A DNA stretch of 14,386 bases from Candidatus Micrarchaeia archaeon (lineage in GTDB: Archaea > Micrarchaeota > Micrarchaeia > CABMEP01): contig JAVZXS010000012.1 of the NCBI GenBank assembly GCA_038886535.1, positions 1 through 14,386 on the forward strand. Reading direction: 5' to 3'. Of the stretch, positions 9,628-14,386 are shown one piece after another. Numbering within the stretch: the first letter of the stretch is position 1; each line of letters opens with the position of its first letter. Under the pieces are notes generated by a model. The model was given only the letters and a program-made list of their open reading frames with translations. It did no database searches and had not been told where the DNA came from. The translations under genes and the position numbers were made by a program.

Positions 9628-10593
9628 TTAGAATATATATTTTTTCTTTATGTATTTTTTGCTAATTTCCTGTATTTCAGTTTCTAATTTTATTGATATT
9701 GAAGTAAAAAGTGTTTGAATTGTTTCTTTTTTATTACTTTCTCTTGCTTCATATAGTGGTGCTTTTTTATCATTATTTTTTACATTTACAATATCTGGTG
9801 CTACTTCAAGAAGTAAAGAAACTACTTCTGTATATCCATTCCAAAAAGCATAGAGTAGTGGTGTCTGACCATAGATATCCCTTTCTTTAGCAGTATCAGG
9901 AGCTACTTTAAGAAGCTGTGAGACTATTCCTATATATCCATAACTAGAAGCATAATGTAGTGGTGTCATACCATCATCGTTCTTTTCTTTAGCAGTTTCA
10001 GGGGCTACCTTAAGAAGCAGTGGAACTATCTTAGTGTACCCCCCCCAAGAAGCCAAATGTAGTGGGGTCTGACCATCGTTATTTTTTTCTTTAGCAGTTT
10101 TAGGGGCCACTTTAAGAAGCTGTGAAACTATTTTTGTATGCCCCTCCAAACAAGCACTGTGTAGTGGTGTCCAGCCAAAGTTATTTTTTATTTGAGCAGT
10201 TTCAGGGGCTACTTTGAGAAGATAAGAAACTATTTCTGTATAACCTTTCCAAGAAGCCCAGTGTAGTGGTGTCTTACCATCGTTATCCTTTTCTTTAGCA
10301 GTGTCAGGAACTACTTCAAGAAGTAGTGAGACTACCTCTGTATGTCCCATCCAAGAAGCACAATGTAGTGGCGTCATACCATCTTTATCCTTTACTTTAG
10401 CAGTGTTAGGGGCTACCTTAAAAAGATAAGAAACTATCTCTGTATGGCCTTTTTCAGAAGCCCAGTGTAGTGGCGTCATGCCATACTTATCATCTATTAC
10501 ATTCGCATCTGCCCCCAAATTTATTAGTTCTATTACTTTATCTAAATCCCCATTCTTAACAGCTTCTAAAAGTCTCTTATCAATATTTCTCAT
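9628..10593 (-). CDS. Ankyrin-repeat array gene 2 (321 aa; 7 internal repeats; ends KYIF)
   Basis: ORF 9628..10605; start moved to ATG 10593; 39+7x34+44=321. Confidence 0.95.
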   Translation of the reverse strand: MRNIDKRLLEAVKNGDLDKVIELINLGADANVIDDKYGMTPLHWASEKGHTEIVSYLFKVAPNTAKVKDKDGMTPLHCASWMGHTEVVSLLLEVVPDTAKEKDNDGKTPLHWASWKGYTEIVSYLLKVAPETAQIKNNFGWTPLHSACLEGHTKIVSQLLKVAPKTAKEKNNDGQTPLHLASWGGYTKIVPLLLKVAPETAKEKNDDGMTPLHYASSYGYIGIVSQLLKVAPDTAKERDIYGQTPLLYAFWNGYTEVVSLLLEVAPDIVNVKNNDKKAPLYEARESNKKETIQTLFTSISIKLETEIQEISKKYIKKKYIF

Positions 10594-10615
10594 AAATTCC
10601 TCCATTATGTTTATA

Positions 10616-11068
10616 TTAGAATAAATACTTTTTCTTTATGTATTTTTTGCTAATTTCCTGCATTTCAGTTTCTAATTTTATTGATATTGAGGTAAAAAGA
10701 GTTTGAATTGTTTTTGGTTTATTATCAACTATTGTTTTGTATAGTGGTTTTTCTCCTATATTATTTTTTATATTTACAATATTTGGTGCTACTGTAAGAA
10801 ACAAAGAGATTGTTTTTGTACAACTATTGAAAAAAGTATAGTGTAGTGGTATCCAACCGTAGTTATCCTTTACTTTAGCATTGTCAGGGGCTACTCTAAG
10901 AAGATAAGAAACTATTTCTGTATGTCCCCAAAAAGAAGCCCAGTGTAGTGGTGTTCTACCATCCTTATCTACTACATTCGCATCTGCCCCCAAATTTATT
11001 AGTTCTATTACTTTATCTAAATTCCCACTCTTAACAGCTTCTAAAAGTTCCTCATCAATATATCTCAT
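10616..11068 (-). CDS. Ankyrin-repeat array gene 1 (150 aa; 2 internal repeats; ends KYLF)
   Basis: ORF 10616..11080; start moved to ATG 11068; 38+2x34+44=150. Confidence 0.93.
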   Translation of the reverse strand: MRYIDEELLEAVKSGNLDKVIELINLGADANVVDKDGRTPLHWASFWGHTEIVSYLLRVAPDNAKVKDNYGWIPLHYTFFNSCTKTISLFLTVAPNIVNIKNNIGEKPLYKTIVDNKPKTIQTLFTSISIKLETEMQEISKKYIKKKYLF

Positions 11069-11090
11069 AAATTCCTCCATTATGTTTATA

Positions 11091-11268
11091 TTAGAATAAA
11101 TACTTTTTTGTATGTTTTTTAGTCATTTTAATTTTTAATTTTATGGATATTGAGATAGAAATTATTAAAATTGTTCTTTATTTTTTAGTATTGTTTAGTA
11201 TAGTAGTATTTTTTTAGCAATATTTTTGTATTTATGATATTGGGGGCCACTGTATAAAAAATTATTTC
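11091..11268 (-). pseudogene. Decayed 3'-end remnant of an array ankyrin gene
   Basis: Manual translation ending at TAA 11091-11093 gives ...TILIISISISIKLKIKMTKKHTKKYLF*, preceded by an in-frame stop. Another frame further upstream gives IIFYTVAPNIINTK, matching the array's ISLFLTVAPNIVNIK. No N-cap or start codon is present. Confidence 0.8.
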
Positions 11269-11406
11269 TCCCCCCGCCCCCATTAATCAAATCATAATAC
11301 CATAACCATCCCCCCACCTCTTTCAAAGATTACCTTCTCCTACACCTAATACATAATAAATAATAGAAATAACATAACCCCAACTTAAACATACAAAAAC
11401 TATACT

Positions 11407-11435
11407 AACTTATAACTAAAAACAATTTTAGTCAA
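11407..11435 (-). promoter_or_regulatory. Candidate sigma70-type promoter facing the ankyrin array (TTGACT-N17-TAAGTT)
   Basis: Minus-strand -35 TTGACT at 11435-11430, 17-nt spacer, -10 TAAGTT at 11412-11407 retaining TAnnnT. The AT-rich context lowers specificity. Confidence 0.45.
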
Positions 11436-11528
11436 CGCTCTCTCAGTTATTAAAATAAAAAACCTACTTTAAACGAAATGTAATACAGGCATAAATAAAA
11501 ATCATCTTCTAAAAAAAATATATAGAAA

Positions 11529-11552
11529 TATAAACAAAGAGGTGTGTTTATG
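11529..11552 (+). promoter_or_regulatory. RBS of the divergent ankyrin gene inside an inverted repeat (TATAAACA-AAGAGGTG-TGTTTATG)
   Basis: SD-like GAGGTG lies 5 nt before ATG 11550. The arms ATAAACA and TGTTTAT are perfectly complementary. Confidence 0.6.
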
Positions 11553-12110
11553 GGGAATAAAAAGCTAGATGAAGAGCTCATTAGTGCAGTAATGTGGTAT
11601 AGTATTGAAAAAACGGAAGAACTTATAAAATTGGGTGCTAATGTAAATGGAAGAGATGATAATGGCAATACTCCTCTACACTATGCTTGCTGGAAAGGAT
11701 ATATTGAAAAAATTCAGCTACTCTTTAAGAATAAAGCAAATATAAACGCTAGAAACATAGATGGTGATACTCCTCTTCATACAGCATGTCAGTGGGGAAA
11801 GAATAAAGTTGTTAAGTTTCTTATTAAAAATAATGTTAATGTAGATGTTATAAACAAGCAAGGGAATACGCCTCTTTATGAAGCTTGTGATATAGGAGCC
11901 ATTGATATAGTCCGAATACTTCTTGAAAGGAAACCTAATGTAAACGTTAAAAATAAAGAAAATGCTACTCCACTTTACAGAGTTAGTGGATACGTATACA
12001 CGGAACCATTAGTAAGAATTATATTTTCTTGTATAAATTTATTAATACCGACACAAATAAAGAATAAAATAAAAGGAATATCTTTCCACCGCCCAAAATA
12101 TATATTTTAA
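11550..12110 (+). CDS. Divergent ankyrin-repeat protein (186 aa; canonical 33-aa repeats; ends KYIF)
   Basis: ORF 11544..12110; ATG 11550 preferred because of the SD. TPLHYAC, TPLHTAC, TPLYEAC and TPLY occur at 33-aa spacing. The N-cap LDEELISAV...ELIKLGANVN is homologous to the array N-cap. Confidence 0.93.
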   Translation: MGNKKLDEELISAVMWYSIEKTEELIKLGANVNGRDDNGNTPLHYACWKGYIEKIQLLFKNKANINARNIDGDTPLHTACQWGKNKVVKFLIKNNVNVDVINKQGNTPLYEACDIGAIDIVRILLERKPNVNVKNKENATPLYRVSGYVYTEPLVRIIFSCINLLIPTQIKNKIKGISFHRPKYIF

Positions 12111-12134
12111 CCCTCTTGCCTGTAAAACAGATTT

Positions 12135-12273
12135 CTCTCTCTCAACGAATAAATAAATAATTTACAAACATTTTGCCCCCCCCAAGCCCCCTACAATAAA
12201 CCTCCCCCCTCACACCCATAAAATAAAACAACTCTCTCTCAACAAATAAATTCTCTCTCTCTCAATAAATAAA
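12135..12273 (+). repeat. Three dispersed copies of CTCTCTCTCAAYRAATAAA, with poly-C tracts between copies 1 and 2
   Basis: Copies at 12135-12153, 12232-12250 and 12255-12273. Shorter CTCTCTCA cores occur near 11438, 12454 and 12484. Confidence 0.7.
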
Positions 12274-12559
12274 CTAATAACTTTCAAAAAATTACCTTCC
12301 CCCATCTACCTAACAATCCTTTTGCTAATTATATTATACATTAATCTACGAAAAAATCGTTTTTTGGTAAATAATGAGTTTACAATATAGTTTCTACATT
12401 TTACAAAAAACAACAACTAACAACAAAAAAAAACATAATTACCTATTATCAAACTCTCTCTCAGCCCCCCTACCACACCCCATCTCTCTCACACCACCCC
12501 CCTTTACATACCTATGTATACTGCTTACCATACCAGTATTAGAAACTACAACAAACATC

Positions 12560-12605
12560 TTGCTTTTTATTCATTTTTATACTATATTATTATAAAGTAA
12601 GGAGG
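12560..12605 (+). promoter_or_regulatory. Candidate sigma70 promoter (TTGCTT-N17-TATATT) and SD (AAGGAGG) for the 12612 gene
   Basis: -35 at 12560-12565, -10 at 12583-12588, AAGGAGG at 12599-12605, 6 nt before ATG 12612. Confidence 0.6.
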
Positions 12606-12611
12606 AACTTT

Positions 12612-13469
12612 ATGAATTTTGAAGAATTACAACAAAAACTTAAAGATATATTACTACCAACAATATCTGACAATCTAAATAAAGGAATTTACAACTTTCT
12701 AAATTACAAAAAACAAAAAATTAAAGAATTCATTGAAAATCAATTAAAAGAAAAAGTTGAAGAAGTGTTTAGTGAGTATAAACTAGATGATAAAGATAAA
12801 AACGAAGTTTTTGAAATGATTTACGAATTTCTAAGTAGATATTTTAAAGAAGGCGAACTAATACCATTATACTATTCACCATCAAAAAACTATAATTACT
12901 ATATACCAAGCTATAATAAAGAAGATGTAAAACTTTTTTGGCTTAACCAAGAACAATATTATGTAAAAACATATCTGTATCTCAAAGATTATAGTTTTAA
13001 AGTAAAAGACTATAATATTTACTTTAATATCGTTGATTTTGAAAATACCGGCGATATCAACATAATAAAGAAAAACAATGTATTTATCCTAACCAACCTT
13101 GAAACACCTAAAAACTCAATAATAAAAAACGATAAAACACTTATAATTAACTTTAGTTATAGAAAACTGACTGAAGAAGAAGAAAAAAAATATAACTTAG
13201 AAAATAAAAAACCCAAAATAAAACAAGATAAAATAAATGAAATCATATACAAAACTATCTTAGATAACATTGACGATAAACAACTTTCAGAATTGCTTAA
13301 AAAACAAAAAGGCAATAAACCTTTACTTCTAGAACATATTTCAAAGTTTGTAAATAGAAACTTAAAAGATACAAGAGATTACTTTATACATAAAAATTGT
13401 AAACAATTCCTAATGGACCAATTTGACCTATTTGTAAAATCTAAAATTATAGAAAAAATCAATATATAA
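12612..13469 (+). CDS. Protein resembling the N-terminal region of a type III restriction-modification-like adenine DNA methyltransferase; catalytic domain absent
   Basis: Recognised from memory of family motifs: L.GIY.F.NYK, IYEFLSRYFKEGE, IPSYNKEDVKLFWLNQEQYYVKT..Y.KDYSF and TRDYFIHKN.KQFL...FDLFVK. No DPPY/NPPY or FxGxG motif occurs in the 285 aa. Strong SD. Not confirmed by search. Confidence 0.72.
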   Translation: MNFEELQQKLKDILLPTISDNLNKGIYNFLNYKKQKIKEFIENQLKEKVEEVFSEYKLDDKDKNEVFEMIYEFLSRYFKEGELIPLYYSPSKNYNYYIPSYNKEDVKLFWLNQEQYYVKTYLYLKDYSFKVKDYNIYFNIVDFENTGDINIIKKNNVFILTNLETPKNSIIKNDKTLIINFSYRKLTEEEEKKYNLENKKPKIKQDKINEIIYKTILDNIDDKQLSELLKKQKGNKPLLLEHISKFVNRNLKDTRDYFIHKNCKQFLMDQFDLFVKSKIIEKINI

Positions 13470-13527
13470 CAACATACTATACCTCTATTCTAACTAATAC
13501 TATAACTTAAAACATCAAACACCAATC

Positions 13528-14386
13528 ATAAAAACATAACAACAATAAACAAAAATAAAACAATAATAAATTAAAAAAAGTAAAATACATTGATAAGAAA
13601 CAAGAATTATCAAAATTAGTTAACAACAAAAACATAACAATAATAAACAAAAATTCTAAAAACAATAAATAAAGCAACAGTAAATTAAAAAAGTAAATAC
13701 ATTGATAAGAAACAAGAATTGTCAAAACTAGTTGACAATAAAAATACAACAACAACAAACAAAAATAAAAACAATAATAAATTAAAAAAAGTAAAATACA
13801 TTGATAAGAAACAAAAATTGTCAAAACTAGTTAACAATAAAAACATAACAACAACAAACAAAAATAAAACAATAATAAATTAAAAAAAGTAAAATACATT
13901 GATAAGAAACAAGAATTATTAAAACTAGTTAACAATAAAAACATAACAACAACAAACAAAAATAAAACAATAATAAATTAAAAAAAGTAAAATACATTGA
14001 TAAGAAACAAGAATTATTAAAACTAGTTAACAATAAAAATATAACAACAATAAACAAAAATTCTAAAAACAATAAGTAAAATAATAGTAAGTTTAAAAAA
14101 AAGTAAAATACATTGATAAGAAATAAGAATTGTCAAAACTAGTTAACAATAAAAATACAACAATAATAAACAAAAATTCTAAAAACAATAAGTAAAATAA
14201 TAGTAAGTTTAAAAAAAAGTAAAATACATTGATAAGAAATAAGAATTGTCAAAACTAGTTAACAATAAAAATACAACAATAATAAACAAAAATTCTAAAA
14301 ACAATAAGTAAAATAATAGTAAGTTTAAAAAAAAGTAAAATACATTGATAAGAAATAAGAATTGTCAAAACTAGTTAACAATAAAA
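13528..14386. repeat. Non-coding A-rich tandem repeat, at least 8 units of 98-116 bp, running off the right edge
   Basis: Marker CATTGATAAG starts at 13588, 13700, 13799, 13897, 13995, 14111, 14227 and 14343 (spacings 112, 99, 98, 98, 116, 116, 116). Confidence 0.95.

Larger units (their letters stand above)
1..11068 (-). repeat. Intragenic 102-bp (34-codon) ankyrin repeat; 74 internal copies in the 12 complete genes
   Basis: The plus-strand motif gaagc...tgtagtggtgt recurs every 102 bp (e.g. 1440 and 1542). Counts per gene in transcription order are 2,7,6,6,9,9,6,5,5,3,4,12. Confidence 0.92.
148..11093 (-). repeat. 13 copies of a conserved gene junction, consensus TAR-TATAAACATAATGGAGGAATTT-ATG (stop, 21-22 nt spacer with SD, start)
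   Basis: Copies at 148-175, 1673-1700, 2352-2379, 2929-2955, 3724-3750, 4516-4543, 5399-5426, 6588-6615, 7792-7819, 8675-8702, 9603-9630, 10591-10618 and 11066-11093. Confidence 0.95.

Noticed and set aside
1..11268. Diversity-generating retroelement or integron as the diversifying mechanism
   Set aside because: No reverse transcriptase, template repeat, integrase or attC-like long palindrome in the window, and variation is spread across all modules. A trans-acting factor elsewhere cannot be excluded.
11450..11668. Minus-strand 72-aa ORF
   Set aside because: Overlaps the ankyrin gene start in antisense; low-complexity F/L/Y/S content reflects A-rich DNA.
12348..12365. Intrinsic terminator ACGA-AAAAA-TCGT followed by a T-run
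   Set aside because: A 4-bp stem is too weak to call, and it lies about 240 bp from the nearest stop codon.
12374..12595. Plus-strand 73-aa ORF
   Set aside because: No SD; translates C-tracts and CT repeats; overlaps the candidate promoter of the next gene.
13507..13824. Minus-strand 105-aa hydrophobic ORF
   Set aside because: Translation of the T-rich strand of the tandem repeat; units of 98, 112 and 116 bp do not preserve frame.
13826..13836. AACTAGTTAAC similarity to the E. coli trp operator
   Set aside because: Only a partial match lacking the second CTAG half-site, with no trp context.
13528..14386. CRISPR array
   Set aside because: Sequences between the conserved cores are homologous or identical rather than unique spacers, and no cas genes are present.

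Overview
AT-rich prokaryotic DNA. The sigma70-like promoter boxes and GGAGG Shine-Dalgarno (SD) sites suggest a bacterium or its phage/plasmid; I cannot assign it further. Positions 1-11268 hold a head-to-tail minus-strand array of paralogous ankyrin-repeat genes: 12 complete, one running off the left edge, and a decayed 3' remnant at the head. Every complete gene has the same layout: an N-cap, 2-12 internal 34-aa (102-bp) repeats, a C-cap, and a basic tail ending K-[YH]-[IL]-F. Genes are joined by a conserved 21-22 nt spacer. Amino-acid variation is concentrated on the ankyrin binding face and the genes are mosaics of each other, so the locus resembles a natural DARPin/VLR-like binder repertoire. 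To the right are a divergently transcribed 33-aa-repeat ankyrin gene sharing the KYIF terminus and the upstream motif, C-tract/CT-rich intergenic DNA, a 285-aa ORF resembling only the N-terminal part of a type III-like DNA methyltransferase, and a non-coding 98-116 bp tandem repeat running off the right edge. No recombinase, reverse transcriptase, cas or secretion gene is visible, so mechanism and function are inferred.
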